A stretch of 64,000 nucleotides of DNA, taken from the NCBI GenBank assembly GCA_046715765.1, contig JBKJYH010000046.1, positions 9 to 64,008 on the forward strand, read 5' to 3'. Position 1 is the stretch's first letter, and each line of letters begins with the position of its first letter. Shown here piece by piece: positions 8,490-21,194 of this stretch. The notes below the pieces were generated by a model. It did no database searches. It saw nothing but the letters and a program-made list of their open reading frames with translations, and was not told the origin of the DNA. The position numbers were made by a program, and so were the translations under genes. Origin of the DNA: Candidatus Limnocylindria bacterium (GTDB lineage: Bacteria > Chloroflexota > Limnocylindria > QHBO01).

Positions 8490-8596
8490 CGGTCGGCGCC
8501 TCCGGCGACGGAGGCTGCAATCATGTAACGGGCTCCTTTCTGCCGCTCGATCGACTGACAGACGAGCCGCAAGCCCAGAGAGAGGAGATACGGCCG

Positions 8597-9013
8597 ATGC
8601 GCCGATACGAACTCATGCTTCTCATTCGACCCGACCTGGACGACGATAAGCTCCAGGCGGCGGTCGAGAAGGTCACCCGCGCCGTGGTGAACGCCGGCGG
8701 TACGCTGACCAAAGTCTCGCCCTGGGGCAAGCGCCGCTTGGCGTACGAGGTGCAGCACTACCGCGAGGCGAGTTACTTCCTGCTCCACTTCGATATCGCC
8801 CCGTCGGCGATTCGCGAGATCGAGCGGGGCCTGCTGATCAGCGAAGAGATCATGCGTCACCTCGTCACCGTGCTGACCGTTGACGGCATCGCCCCGCCGC
8901 TGGATGACGAGGCTCTCGCGGTTGACGAGGGTCTTGCGGTGGCGCCGGCCGAGATCGACGAGGTCGTCGCCTCGGTCGATGACGAAGACGTACCCGCCGC
9001 TGTTGAGGCCTAG
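8597..9013 (+). CDS. rpsF: 30S ribosomal protein S6
   Basis: MRRYELMLLIRPDL..; RBS GGAGA upstream; acidic C-terminal tail. Confidence 0.9.
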   Translation: MRRYELMLLIRPDLDDDKLQAAVEKVTRAVVNAGGTLTKVSPWGKRRLAYEVQHYREASYFLLHFDIAPSAIREIERGLLISEEIMRHLVTVLTVDGIAPPLDDEALAVDEGLAVAPAEIDEVVASVDDEDVPAAVEA

Positions 9014-9034
9014 GCAGGCAGCCAGGAGAGTGTC

Positions 9035-9505
9035 ATGTCGCTGAACCGAATGCAGATCATCGGCAACCTGGGTGCGGACCCGGAGTTGCGCTACACGCCC
9101 AGCGGGAAGGCCGTGGTCAACCTGCGCGTGGCGGTCAACAACAACCGGCGGGGTGCCGACGGCGAGTGGGTCGAGGACACGATGTGGATGCGGGTCGAGG
9201 TCTGGGACCAGCCCGCCGAGCGGGCCGCAGAGCAACTGCGCAAGGGCAACAAGATCTATGCCGAAGGGCAGTTGCGCGCTCGCGAGTACGACGCGGCGGA
9301 TGGCCAGAAACGAACCAGCCTGGAACTGACCTCCGCGCGGATCGTGAACCTGGAACGGCGCCCACGCGACGAAGACGGCTCCGTAGGCAGCTTTGGAGTG
9401 GGCGAAGGGGCGGCGCCCGTCGCACGCCCGGCACGGACATCGCCGACCGCCGAGAAGGCCGCGCCCGACCAGCCCTTCGTCGACGTCGACGACATCCCCT
9501 TCTAA
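9035..9505 (+). CDS. ssb: single-stranded DNA-binding protein
   Basis: N-terminal OB fold (MQIIGNLGADPELRYTPSGKAVVNLRVAV) and C-terminal acidic DDIPF tail. Confidence 0.9.
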   Translation: MSLNRMQIIGNLGADPELRYTPSGKAVVNLRVAVNNNRRGADGEWVEDTMWMRVEVWDQPAERAAEQLRKGNKIYAEGQLRAREYDAADGQKRTSLELTSARIVNLERRPRDEDGSVGSFGVGEGAAPVARPARTSPTAEKAAPDQPFVDVDDIPF

Positions 9506-9526
9506 TCAACGAGGCGAACGACCCCG

Positions 9527-9796
9527 ATGCCACCACCCCGCTCCAAGAAGGAATCGAATGACCTGTACCGCGATCGACGCCGGCGCAAGGTCTGCAACTT
9601 CTGCGTCGATAAGGTCGACGCCATCGACTACAAGGAGGTCAACCGCCTGCGCCGATACCTGTCGGAGCGGGCCAAGATCGAGCCGCGCCGCAAGACTGGC
9701 ACGTGCGCTCGGCACCAGCGGATGCTGACCATCGCCCTGAAGCGGGCCCGCCAGGTCGCCCTCCTGCCCTACGCGCCGGAGCACCTCCGCCCATAG
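9527..9796 (+). CDS. rpsR: 30S ribosomal protein S18
   Basis: Conserved [28 protein letters not shown] core. Confidence 0.9.
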   Translation: MPPPRSKKESNDLYRDRRRRKVCNFCVDKVDAIDYKEVNRLRRYLSERAKIEPRRKTGTCARHQRMLTIALKRARQVALLPYAPEHLRP

Positions 9797-9818
9797 TCCC
9801 GCCCGACTGAGGCAAGCC

Positions 9819-10925
9819 ATGGACCTGGTCCTGCTCGTCGGATCGCTGCTGGTGATCCTGATCGCCGCCGAGCTATTCACCAACGGGATCGAGTGGTTCG
9901 GCCGTCGGCTGGACCTCGCCGAGGGCGCGGTCGGCAGCGTGCTGGCCGCCGTTGCCACGGCCATGCCCGAGACGCTCATCCCGGTCATCGCGATCCTGGT
10001 GCCTGTTCTCACCGGAACGCCCAGCCACAGCTCGTCGGAGGTCGGCGTGGGCGCCATCCTGGGCGCGCCCTTCATGCTCGCCACCCTGGCCATGTTCGTG
10101 ACCGGCAGCGCGGTGCTGATCACAGCCCGCGGCGGGCGACGCTCCACGGACCTGAAGGTCAACGTGCGGGTGCTCGGTCGCGACGTGGCGGTCTTCGTGG
10201 TCGCCTACTCAGTCGTGATCGGTTCTGCCTTCCTGCCAGCGATCCCGGTCGTGCGCTGGTTGGTGGCCGCCGGACTCCTGATCACCTACGTGCTCTACGT
10301 ACGGGCGCATTTCTCCGATGAGAACGGCGAGTCAGACGCGTCAGACCTGAATCGACTGCACCTATCGCGCCTGGCGCCTCGCCGCCCGGTGGACATCGAT
10401 GTCCTCCCGGGCGAGCGCGATGCCTGGGAGGGGCGCGAACCGGCACCGGCTCTGCGGATCATCATCGCCCAGGTTGGGCTGGCGCTCGGGCTGATCCTGG
10501 TCGGAGCGCAGGTCTTCGTGGGCGCGGTCGAGCACCTGTCCACCACCATCGGGCTCGACCCGCGGATCCTGGCCCTGATCATCGCCCCCATCGCTACCGA
10601 GTTGCCCGAGAAGTTCAATTCGATCATCTGGGTGCGCAGCGGGAAGGACACGCTGGCGATGGGCAACATCACCGGGGCGATGGTCTTCCAGAGTTGCCTG
10701 CCGACGGTGCTGGCGATCCTGTTTACCGAGTGGACGGTAACCAGCGACAGCCTGCTCTCCCTGGTGTCCGGCGGGGCCGCATTGCTGGCCACCCTGCTCA
10801 TCTTCGGCTCGATGTGGCGACGAGGCAGCCTGCCGGCCTACGCACTGCTGCTCGGCGGCCCGATCTACCTGGCCTATGTGGCTGCCGCGCTCTTCCTGCC
10901 GGGCGCGGTGGCCGGGGGAGGCTGA
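9819..10925 (+). CDS. CaCA-family cation (Ca2+/Na+ or H+) antiporter, YrbG-like
   Basis: Polytopic membrane protein with two alpha-repeat regions (GAVGSVLAAVATAMPE and GNITGAMVFQSCLPT). Confidence 0.7.
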   Translation: MDLVLLVGSLLVILIAAELFTNGIEWFGRRLDLAEGAVGSVLAAVATAMPETLIPVIAILVPVLTGTPSHSSSEVGVGAILGAPFMLATLAMFVTGSAVLITARGGRRSTDLKVNVRVLGRDVAVFVVAYSVVIGSAFLPAIPVVRWLVAAGLLITYVLYVRAHFSDENGESDASDLNRLHLSRLAPRRPVDIDVLPGERDAWEGREPAPALRIIIAQVGLALGLILVGAQVFVGAVEHLSTTIGLDPRILALIIAPIATELPEKFNSIIWVRSGKDTLAMGNITGAMVFQSCLPTVLAILFTEWTVTSDSLLSLVSGGAALLATLLIFGSMWRRGSLPAYALLLGGPIYLAYVAAALFLPGAVAGGG

Positions 10926-10999
10926 CGAGGTGGGGCGTATACTCGGCGACGCCGATGCCACGCGGCGCGTGGCACCACCCGGGCGCTGAGGAGGCCAGC

Positions 11000-11959
11000 T
11001 TGCTCAAGCAGGGAACACCGGCCAGGGCCACGATCGGTCACAACACCGACGGGCTGTGGGCCTATTTCCGCGGCCAGTACGTTCCCCTGGCCGATGCCAG
11101 GGTCAGCGTCCTGACCCACGCCTTCAACTACGGGACGGCCGTCTTCGAGGGAATCCGCGCCTACTGGAACGCCGAGGCAGGGCAACTCTATGGGCTCGAG
11201 TTCATCGCTCACTACCAGCGACTGCTCAACTCCGCCAGGTTCCTGATGATGAGCGTCCCGCATACGGCCGAGGAACTCGCCGCGATCACCGTCGAGGTCC
11301 TGCGCCGCGGAAATCTGCGCGAGGACGTCTACCTGCGACCACTGGTCTACAAGTCAAGCGAGTCGATCGGGGTGCGCCTGCACAACCTCGACTCCGACGT
11401 CGTGATCTTCGGCATCCCGTTCGGTCGTTACATCGACACCGATGGCGGGATTCGAGCCCAGATCTCGACCTGGCGCCGCACCGATGACAACGCCATCCCG
11501 GCCCGCAGTAAGTTGGCAGGGGGATACGTGAACGGCGCGCTGGCCAAGACCGAGGCGCAGCTCAACGGCTTCGACGAGGCGATCGTGCTGACCCACGATG
11601 GGCACGTCAGCGAAGGCAGCGCCGAAAACCTGTTCATGGTCCAGCAGGGGCGACTGATCACCCCATCGGTGACTGACAACATCCTCGAGGGGATCACCCG
11701 CCGCCGCCTGATGCAGGTCGCCACCGAGCTCGGCATTCCCGTCCAGGAGCGGACGATCGATCGGACCGAGCTCTACCAGGCCGACGAAGTCTTCCTGTGC
11801 GGCACCGGAGCCCAGGTCGCGGCGGTCGTCGAGATCGACCGCCGTCAGATCGGCGATGGAAACACTGGGCCGATCACCCGGCGCCTGTCGCAGATCTACT
11901 TCGACGCGGTGCGCGGTCGCATCGACGCCTACCGGGACTGGCTGACCCCCATCCACTGA
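11000..11959 (+). CDS. ilvE: branched-chain amino acid aminotransferase (class IV)
   Basis: Class IV aminotransferase motifs (FEGIRAY..; ..EAIVLTHDGHVSEGSAENLF..LCGTGA). TTG start at 11000 preceded by GAGGAGG. The longer ORF from 10694 overlaps the antiporter gene and is rejected. Confidence 0.8.
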   Translation: MLKQGTPARATIGHNTDGLWAYFRGQYVPLADARVSVLTHAFNYGTAVFEGIRAYWNAEAGQLYGLEFIAHYQRLLNSARFLMMSVPHTAEELAAITVEVLRRGNLREDVYLRPLVYKSSESIGVRLHNLDSDVVIFGIPFGRYIDTDGGIRAQISTWRRTDDNAIPARSKLAGGYVNGALAKTEAQLNGFDEAIVLTHDGHVSEGSAENLFMVQQGRLITPSVTDNILEGITRRRLMQVATELGIPVQERTIDRTELYQADEVFLCGTGAQVAAVVEIDRRQIGDGNTGPITRRLSQIYFDAVRGRIDAYRDWLTPIH

Positions 11960-11960
11960 G

Positions 11961-13277
11961 TTGAAGGTGGCATCCCGCAGCGTGGCGAGTTCGCAGATCC
12001 GCCTGGCCCGTCAACCGGGACGCCTGCTGGCAGGCCCGGCCGTCATCGGGGGCACCGGGCTGATGATGGTCGGCCTCGGCGCCGCGCACGCGGCCTCCGG
12101 CGCGCTGCTGTTCCTGGTTCCGGCTGCGGTCGGCGGGCTGGCTGTCCTCGGCGCGGGATGGCTGGCCGGCGTCATCCTGACCGCTCGGCTCGAGGTCGAC
12201 GTTGCGTCGCTGCGGTTGCGCTGGCTCGGGCATGATCAGCACTTCCGGCTGGCGCCGGGTGCCCTGACCCGGATCTCCGTCGGCGGGCGTGGCCGACCGA
12301 AGCTGCGCGCGCGCCTTGGAGCGATTGGTTGGGCGCTCGGCCCGGCTACCCTGAACGACGAATCGATCACGGTCGTCCGGCTCGCCCCGGGACGCCCCAT
12401 GGTCATGATCCCGACCGACCAGGGTCGGCTCGCGGTGGCCGTCGCAGACGAGCGCGAAGTGGTGGAGGTCCTGACCGCCGCGGTCCGCCTCCAGCTGCGG
12501 CTCGACCAGGCCCAGGCCAGGGTCCGCCCGGTGCCGATTGCCGTCTCGGCGCCCCCGACGGCGGTCGCCGGAGCGGTGCTCGCACTCGATACCGCCGGCG
12601 GCCTTACCGGGATCCAGCGGGAACAACTCGAAGAGCGACTTGCCACCCATCGCACCGCGGCGGTGGTGGCTGCCGAGTCGGAGCGCCGAGCGGCATCCGA
12701 GGCGGTCCGGAGCGGCAACTACGAGCCACCGCGCACGCCATCCCCGAGGGCGATTGCCGTGGACGATACGCCGCGCCCATCGCGAGCACGCCAGCGCTCG
12801 ACCTGGCATCGGCCCGCCTGGTTAGCGGTGGCGACGCTCATCCCGCGTGCCGCCACCCGCCCAGTTGGCACGCCTCGTCTCGTCACCCCCGCCGCCGCAG
12901 CGCCGGCGTCGCCGGCGGGTCTCGCCTCGTCCGCAGTCGCCGTCACCCGAACCTTGCCGCGGGTGCGGTTGCCATCCATCTCGCTCCCGTCGGTTCGGGT
13001 GCCGGTCCCGCGCTGGGCCGCCGGTCGCGGTCGCTCGCTGCTGGTCCTGGCACCTCCCCTGCTGGGAGGCGCGACCTGGCTCGCAGGGAGTTGGCTCGAA
13101 CTGCTTCCGGCCGAGACCGAGGGGATCCGCATTCTGGCGCTGGCCGTGATCCTGGGGGGACCGGTGGCACTCGCCGGGTCGATCGTGGCCTGGATCCGCT
13201 TCCCGCGCCTCGCCGGCCTGGTCGCCGTTAGCGGATTGCTCGCCCTCGCGCTCGTGGGTCGTGCCCTGGTCGGCTGA
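11961..13277 (+). CDS. hypothetical membrane protein with an N-terminal bPH_2 (DUF304-like) domain and a long Ala/Pro/Arg-rich low-complexity region
   Basis: Two TM helices followed by a PH-like segment; C-terminal TM helices; TTG start. Confidence 0.5.
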   Translation: MKVASRSVASSQIRLARQPGRLLAGPAVIGGTGLMMVGLGAAHAASGALLFLVPAAVGGLAVLGAGWLAGVILTARLEVDVASLRLRWLGHDQHFRLAPGALTRISVGGRGRPKLRARLGAIGWALGPATLNDESITVVRLAPGRPMVMIPTDQGRLAVAVADEREVVEVLTAAVRLQLRLDQAQARVRPVPIAVSAPPTAVAGAVLALDTAGGLTGIQREQLEERLATHRTAAVVAAESERRAASEAVRSGNYEPPRTPSPRAIAVDDTPRPSRARQRSTWHRPAWLAVATLIPRAATRPVGTPRLVTPAAAAPASPAGLASSAVAVTRTLPRVRLPSISLPSVRVPVPRWAAGRGRSLLVLAPPLLGGATWLAGSWLELLPAETEGIRILALAVILGGPVALAGSIVAWIRFPRLAGLVAVSGLLALALVGRALVG

Positions 13278-13460
13278 CCCCACGCGATTGACAATCCGGC
13301 GGCCGCGCTGCGACCATCCGCCGACGGCACGACCCCGGGTCGTGCAGGATCAGAGCATGGCCGACGCGGGTCTCCCCGCGTGATCGAACGCCCCGTCCCG
13401 GAGCCGTTCGGGGCGGGTCGCGTGGTAGTTGGGAAGGTGTGCAGGGTGGGCTTTCGAGCG
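13278..13460 (+). promoter_or_regulatory. ileS 5' leader: TTGACA (13288-13293) promoter-like element plus stable hairpins, possible T-box-type leader (unconfirmed)
   Basis: About 180-nt noncoding region with the hairpin CACGACC-CCG-GGTCGTG and others. AUC triplets are present. The T-box consensus is not clearly recognisable by eye. Confidence 0.3.
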
Positions 13461-16637
<3,177 letters not shown>

Positions 16638-16665
16638 TGTCGGTGGGTCGCGTTACCATCGGTCG

Positions 16666-17175
16666 GTGACGATGGCAGCCCGACGAGCCGCCCTGCCGCG
16701 CGAGACGATCGCGCTGTTGGCAATCGGCATCCTGATCACGATCGCCGATCAGGCCACCAAGGCCGCCGTGGTCGCCAACCTGGCGGTGGGCGAGCGCGCG
16801 TCCATGGTGGGGGATTTCATCGTCGCCTGGCACTTGCAGAACCGGGGTGCGTCCTTCTCGCTGCTGCAGGGCGCCGCGTGGTTCTTCATCGTGGTCACCA
16901 TCGTCGCATTCGGCCTGATCGCCGGCTACCACCGCAGCCTATTGGGCCGTCCGATGTGGCTGCACGTCGTGCTAGGCGTCGTGCTGGGCGGGGCGCTTGG
17001 CAATTTCGTGGATCGGGTGCGCCTCGGTTACGTCACCGACTTCATCTCGGTCGGCTTCGGCGACCTGCGCTTCCCTGCCTTCAACGTGGCGGACTCGTCT
17101 TTGACGGTCGGGATCGTGGTCCTGCTCGGCTGGATGGCCTTCGGGCAGCGGGCGGCGCCCGGAGACGGTGGATGA
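16666..17175 (+). CDS. lspA: lipoprotein signal peptidase II
   Basis: LspA conserved segments (NRGASFSLL..; FNVADS..). Confidence 0.9.
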   Translation: MTMAARRAALPRETIALLAIGILITIADQATKAAVVANLAVGERASMVGDFIVAWHLQNRGASFSLLQGAAWFFIVVTIVAFGLIAGYHRSLLGRPMWLHVVLGVVLGGALGNFVDRVRLGYVTDFISVGFGDLRFPAFNVADSSLTVGIVVLLGWMAFGQRAAPGDGG

Positions 17176-18152
17176 CCGACCCCTCAGCCGCCGCTGAGAC
17201 GCGGACCGGGATCGCCGCAGCGGGCCGCGCAGACCTGGCGGTCAGCGCGATCGGCGGCATCTCGCGGGCTCACGCCCAGCGACTTCTTTCCGACGGACGA
17301 GCGCTGGTTGACGGGCATGCGCGGCGGTCCAGCGATCGGCTGCAGGGCGGCGAGCAGCTGACCATCCATCTCGAGGCGGTGCCCGATCAGAGCCTTTCGC
17401 CTGAGTCGATCCCGCTCCGAGTTGTGTACGAAGACTCCGAGATGCTGATCGTCGACAAGCCGGCCGGGATGGTCGTGCACCCCAGTGCTGGTCACGCATC
17501 TGGGACGCTGGTGCATGCATTGGCAGGCAGATCCGCGGCACGAGGCGAGACGCTCGGATCGATCAGCGGCGTGCAACGCCCCGGAATCGTGCATCGGCTT
17601 GACCGCGACACGTCCGGCCTCCTGCTGGTGGCCAAGACCGATGCCGCCCAGACGTCGCTGATGCGCCAGTTCGGCGCGCGGGAGATCGAAAAGCAATACT
17701 TCGCCCTGGTTCGCGGCCAGCCGCCGGCGGGCCGCGGCCGGATCGAGGCCCCCATCGGCCGCGATCCCCGGGATCGGCAGCGCATGTCAGTTGTCGCTGG
17801 GGGCCGCGAGGCGGTGACCGAGTACTCGCTCCTCCACTCCGGCGGCGGGTATAGCCTCCTCTCGCTACGGCCGCGCACCGGTCGTACGCACCAGATCCGG
17901 GCCCACCTCGCATACCTTCAGTTGCCGATTGCCGGCGATCGCCGCTACGGCGGCGGACCGGGACCCGGAGGGCTCGGTCGCCAGTTCCTGCACGCCGCCG
18001 GCCTGGCCCTGGCCCGTCCGCTCGACGGCGCACGCCTGCGCGCGTGGAGTGAGTTGCCGCCGGACCTCGCCGACTGCCTGGCCGCGTGTGGCATCCCGAA
18101 TGCCGGCCTGCCGGTCGGCTGCGGGGTCGCCGTCATGGAGGTGGGGGAGTGA
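17172..18152 (+). CDS. rluD: 23S rRNA pseudouridine synthase, RluD family (S4 domain plus catalytic domain)
   Basis: RLD...HRLDRDTSGLLL catalytic motif; ATGA overlap with the lspA stop. Confidence 0.85.
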   Translation: MTDPSAAAETRTGIAAAGRADLAVSAIGGISRAHAQRLLSDGRALVDGHARRSSDRLQGGEQLTIHLEAVPDQSLSPESIPLRVVYEDSEMLIVDKPAGMVVHPSAGHASGTLVHALAGRSAARGETLGSISGVQRPGIVHRLDRDTSGLLLVAKTDAAQTSLMRQFGAREIEKQYFALVRGQPPAGRGRIEAPIGRDPRDRQRMSVVAGGREAVTEYSLLHSGGGYSLLSLRPRTGRTHQIRAHLAYLQLPIAGDRRYGGGPGPGGLGRQFLHAAGLALARPLDGARLRAWSELPPDLADCLAACGIPNAGLPVGCGVAVMEVGE

Positions 18153-18784
18153 GCCGGTCATCGGGAACGCGGCGCTCGAAACGGCTGGTCTTCCCGAATC
18201 CCCTGCTGGTGGTCGTCTCGGGCCCGTCGGGAGTCGGCAAGAGCACGGTCGTGGCCGAGTTGGCGCACCGCCACCCGCAGGTCGTGCCGATCGTGACCGC
18301 CACCACCCGACCGCGGCGTCCCGGCGAGGAGGACAAGGTCCACTACCACTTCGTCACCCACGAGGCGTTCGACCAGTTGCGCGCCAGTGGCGGTCTGCTC
18401 GAGCACGCCGAGGTCCACGGCAGTTGGTACGGGACCCCGGTCGACCAGGTGCGCGGGATCCTCGCTGCGGGGCGCGACGCGATCCTGACCATCGATCCCC
18501 AGGGTGCGCGCGCGGTCCGCGGCCTGGTCCCCGATGCGCTTCTTGTCTTCGTCATGCCACCCTCGCTCGACGACCTGTCGGTCAGGCTGGCGCGCCGTGG
18601 GTCGGAATCGGCCGAGAGCCTCGCCCGTCGTCGGCGCGACGCCGAGCACTGGATGGCGAATTCCGCCGACTACGACTACGTGGTGGTGAATGAGACCGAT
18701 CGCCCCGAGGCCGCCGCCGAGCGGATCTGGGAGATCATCCAGGCCGAGGCTCGCCGCGACCCACCCCGCCGCGTTCGGCTCTAG
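18149..18784 (+). CDS. gmk: guanylate kinase
   Basis: P-loop SGPSGVGKST; GTGA overlap with the rluD stop. The longer upstream ORF is rejected. Confidence 0.85.
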   Translation: MSRSSGTRRSKRLVFPNPLLVVVSGPSGVGKSTVVAELAHRHPQVVPIVTATTRPRRPGEEDKVHYHFVTHEAFDQLRASGGLLEHAEVHGSWYGTPVDQVRGILAAGRDAILTIDPQGARAVRGLVPDALLVFVMPPSLDDLSVRLARRGSESAESLARRRRDAEHWMANSADYDYVVVNETDRPEAAAERIWEIIQAEARRDPPRRVRL

Positions 18785-18797
18785 GCCGGCTTCGGGC

Positions 18798-21161
18798 GTG
18801 CCCAGCGACGGGGCAGCGGTCCTGCGCATCGCGGTCGAGGCGGTCGCCGATCGCCCCGAGCGAACCTTCAGTTATCGCGCCCCCGAACCGGTCCCGCCCG
18901 GCTCGCTGGTGCTGGTGCCCTACGGTCGTCGGACGGCCCTCGGCTACGTCCTGCCAGGTGCCGCGCAGTCGTCGCCCGAAGATGGGAACGTGCCCTTGCG
19001 CGACATCGAGGCCGTGGTCAGCGGCCCGATGCTGACCCCCGACCTGCTTGCCCTCGCCGAGGAGGTGGCGGCTTACTACCGTGCCCCGATCGGGGTCACC
19101 CTGGCGGCGATGCTGCCGCCAGGGTTGGAATCGCGCCTCGAGCGACGCTGGACCGTTCCCGATCCGGACGCGCTCCCGCCCGCAGCCGCCCGGCTCCTGG
19201 CTACGCGCGATCCCGCGGGCGAGGTTGATGATGCCGCCCTGCGACGGGCGATTGGGGATGCGCGATCCGTCAACCGCCTGCAGCGAGCGGGGATCGTGCG
19301 CCCCGCCTGGCGCCTGCGCCCTCCTGACGTCGGGGAACGCCGCGTGCGGGTCCTGCGCCGGATTGCGGATGGACCCCAGCCGCGTGCTGGTGCCCCGGTC
19401 CAGCGCGCGCTGCTGGGTGCCCTGGGAGAAGGCGAGCGCAGCCTGTCCGAGCTGGCCACGGAGATTGGGGTGGAGCCGTCCGCGGTCCTCGAGCCCGCTC
19501 GCCGGCTGGCCGCCATCGGTGCCGCGGAACTCGGCTGGCGCCAGATGGTACGCGACCCGCTCTCGCATCGGCCTCGGCCGATGGAGGTGCGACCGCTGCC
19601 ATCGGCTGAGCAACAACTGGCCGCGGAGCGAATCGCCGCTCTCTCCCCGGGAGGTTCACTGCTGCTCGAGGGCGTGGCGGCAACCGGCAAGACCGAGGTC
19701 TACATCGCCGCAATCGAGGCGACGCTGGTCGAAGGCAGGCAAGCGATCATGCTCGTCCCCGAGGTCGCGCTCATCCCCCAGCTCGCCGACCGCTTGGCCG
19801 CGGTCTTCGGCGACGATCTGGCGGTGCTCCATTCGGGCCTCTCGGTCGGGGAGCGGCATGACACCTGGTGGCGGATCCTGCGCGGCGAAGCGCGGGTCGT
19901 GGTCGGGACGCGGATGGCGGTGATGGCCCCCCTCGCCCGATTGGGGCTGATCGTCATCGACGAGTCCCACGACGGCGGATACAAGTCGGATCGCACGCCG
20001 CGCCTCGATGCGCGCTGGGTGGCCGAGCGTCGCGCTGCGCTGACCGGTGCCCGCCTCGTGCTGGGGACTGCCACCCCGTCGCTGGTCGACCTCGCCCGAG
20101 TCCGCGGCGATCTCATCGAGCGCGCCCGCCTGATCGAGCGGCAGGTGGGCGTGCGACCGACGATCGAGATCGTCGACCTGCGGGCGGAGCTCGCCGACGG
20201 CAATCGCTCGGTCCTCTCGCGCGCGCTGGCCTCAGGGCTCGAACAGCTGCGCCTGGGCCAGGAGCAGGCCATCCTGCTCATCAACCGGCGGGGCGCGGCG
20301 AGCTTCATCCTGTGCCGCGACTGCGGCGAGAGCCTGCGCTGCCCCGATTGCGAGCTGCCGTACGTGTATCACTCCAGCGGCGAATTGCTGCGCTGCCATC
20401 ACTGCGGTCGGCGCGCCCCGGTCGAGACCCGCTGTCCGGCCTGCGGCAGCTATCGGATCCGCTACTTCGGGGCCGGCACCCAGCGTGTCGAGGCCGAGGT
20501 CCGCGCGCATCTCCCTCGCCTGCGCGTGGCCCGCCTCGATTCGGATGCGCTCGCCAACCGGCGCAGTTTCGAGGCGATCTACGACGCCTTCCGCGACGGC
20601 GAAGTGGATGTCCTGGTCGGCACCCAGCTCGCCGCCAAGGGGCTCGATGTGCCCGCCGTCACGGTGGTCGGGGTGGTCGCGGCCGATGTCACCCTCAACC
20701 TTCCCGACTACCTGGCCGCAGAGCGGACCTTCCAGCTGCTGGCCCAGGTCGCCGGCCGCGCGGGCCGCGGAGAGCGCGGCGGCCGGGTCATCTTTCAGAC
20801 ATACGCTCCGGATCACTACGCGGTGCGCGCCGCCGCGCAGCTCGATGTCGACGAGTTCGCCGCGGCGGAGCTGCCGAGGCGCCGCGCGCTCGGCTATCCG
20901 CCCTTTAGCGTGCTCGCTCGCCTGCTCGTCTCCGACCCGCGACGCGACCGGGCGGAGGAGCGGGCGCGGGAGGCCGCACGCGCCGTTGCGACGCCGGGGG
21001 TCGAGGTGCTTGGACCGTTGCCGGCCTACCTGCCGCGCCGTGCCGGACGCTGGCGCTTCCAGGTCGTGCTCCGCGCGGCCGAGGCCCGCGCCCGCGCCCG
21101 CGCCCTCGAGGCCGTTCCCGGTGGGGTGGCGATCGACGTCGATCCTGAATCGCTCCTGTAG
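18798..21161 (+). CDS. priA: primosomal protein N' (replication restart helicase PriA)
   Basis: Helicase motifs (GVAATGKTEVY, DESHD) and Cys-rich zinc-binding region (CRDCG..CPDCE..CHHCG..CPACG). GTG start after the gmk stop. Confidence 0.85.
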   Translation: MPSDGAAVLRIAVEAVADRPERTFSYRAPEPVPPGSLVLVPYGRRTALGYVLPGAAQSSPEDGNVPLRDIEAVVSGPMLTPDLLALAEEVAAYYRAPIGVTLAAMLPPGLESRLERRWTVPDPDALPPAAARLLATRDPAGEVDDAALRRAIGDARSVNRLQRAGIVRPAWRLRPPDVGERRVRVLRRIADGPQPRAGAPVQRALLGALGEGERSLSELATEIGVEPSAVLEPARRLAAIGAAELGWRQMVRDPLSHRPRPMEVRPLPSAEQQLAAERIAALSPGGSLLLEGVAATGKTEVYIAAIEATLVEGRQAIMLVPEVALIPQLADRLAAVFGDDLAVLHSGLSVGERHDTWWRILRGEARVVVGTRMAVMAPLARLGLIVIDESHDGGYKSDRTPRLDARWVAERRAALTGARLVLGTATPSLVDLARVRGDLIERARLIERQVGVRPTIEIVDLRAELADGNRSVLSRALASGLEQLRLGQEQAILLINRRGAASFILCRDCGESLRCPDCELPYVYHSSGELLRCHHCGRRAPVETRCPACGSYRIRYFGAGTQRVEAEVRAHLPRLRVARLDSDALANRRSFEAIYDAFRDGEVDVLVGTQLAAKGLDVPAVTVVGVVAADVTLNLPDYLAAERTFQLLAQVAGRAGRGERGGRVIFQTYAPDHYAVRAAAQLDVDEFAAAELPRRRALGYPPFSVLARLLVSDPRRDRAEERAREAARAVATPGVEVLGPLPAYLPRRAGRWRFQVVLRAAEARARARALEAVPGGVAIDVDPESLL

Positions 21162-21194
21162 CGGGCCGTCGCACAGCGGCGGACCATCGGTACA

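Noticed and set aside
10694-11000. Upstream-extended starts from the ORF track for ilvE (10694), gmk (18086), priA (18690), the Zn-peptidase (22264), rnhB (42830), rpsB (45203), tsf (46068), pyrH (46966), dxr (49498), truB (56768), ribF (57688) and rpsO (58688)
   Set aside because: The extensions overlap the preceding gene, are low-complexity, and lack RBS. Internal ATG/GTG/TTG starts match conserved protein N-termini and often have GGAGG-like RBS or 4-nt coupling overlaps.
13278-13460. A confident T-box call for the ileS leader
   Set aside because: The canonical T-box consensus was not clearly recognisable by eye. It is kept only as a tentative structured leader pending a covariance-model search.
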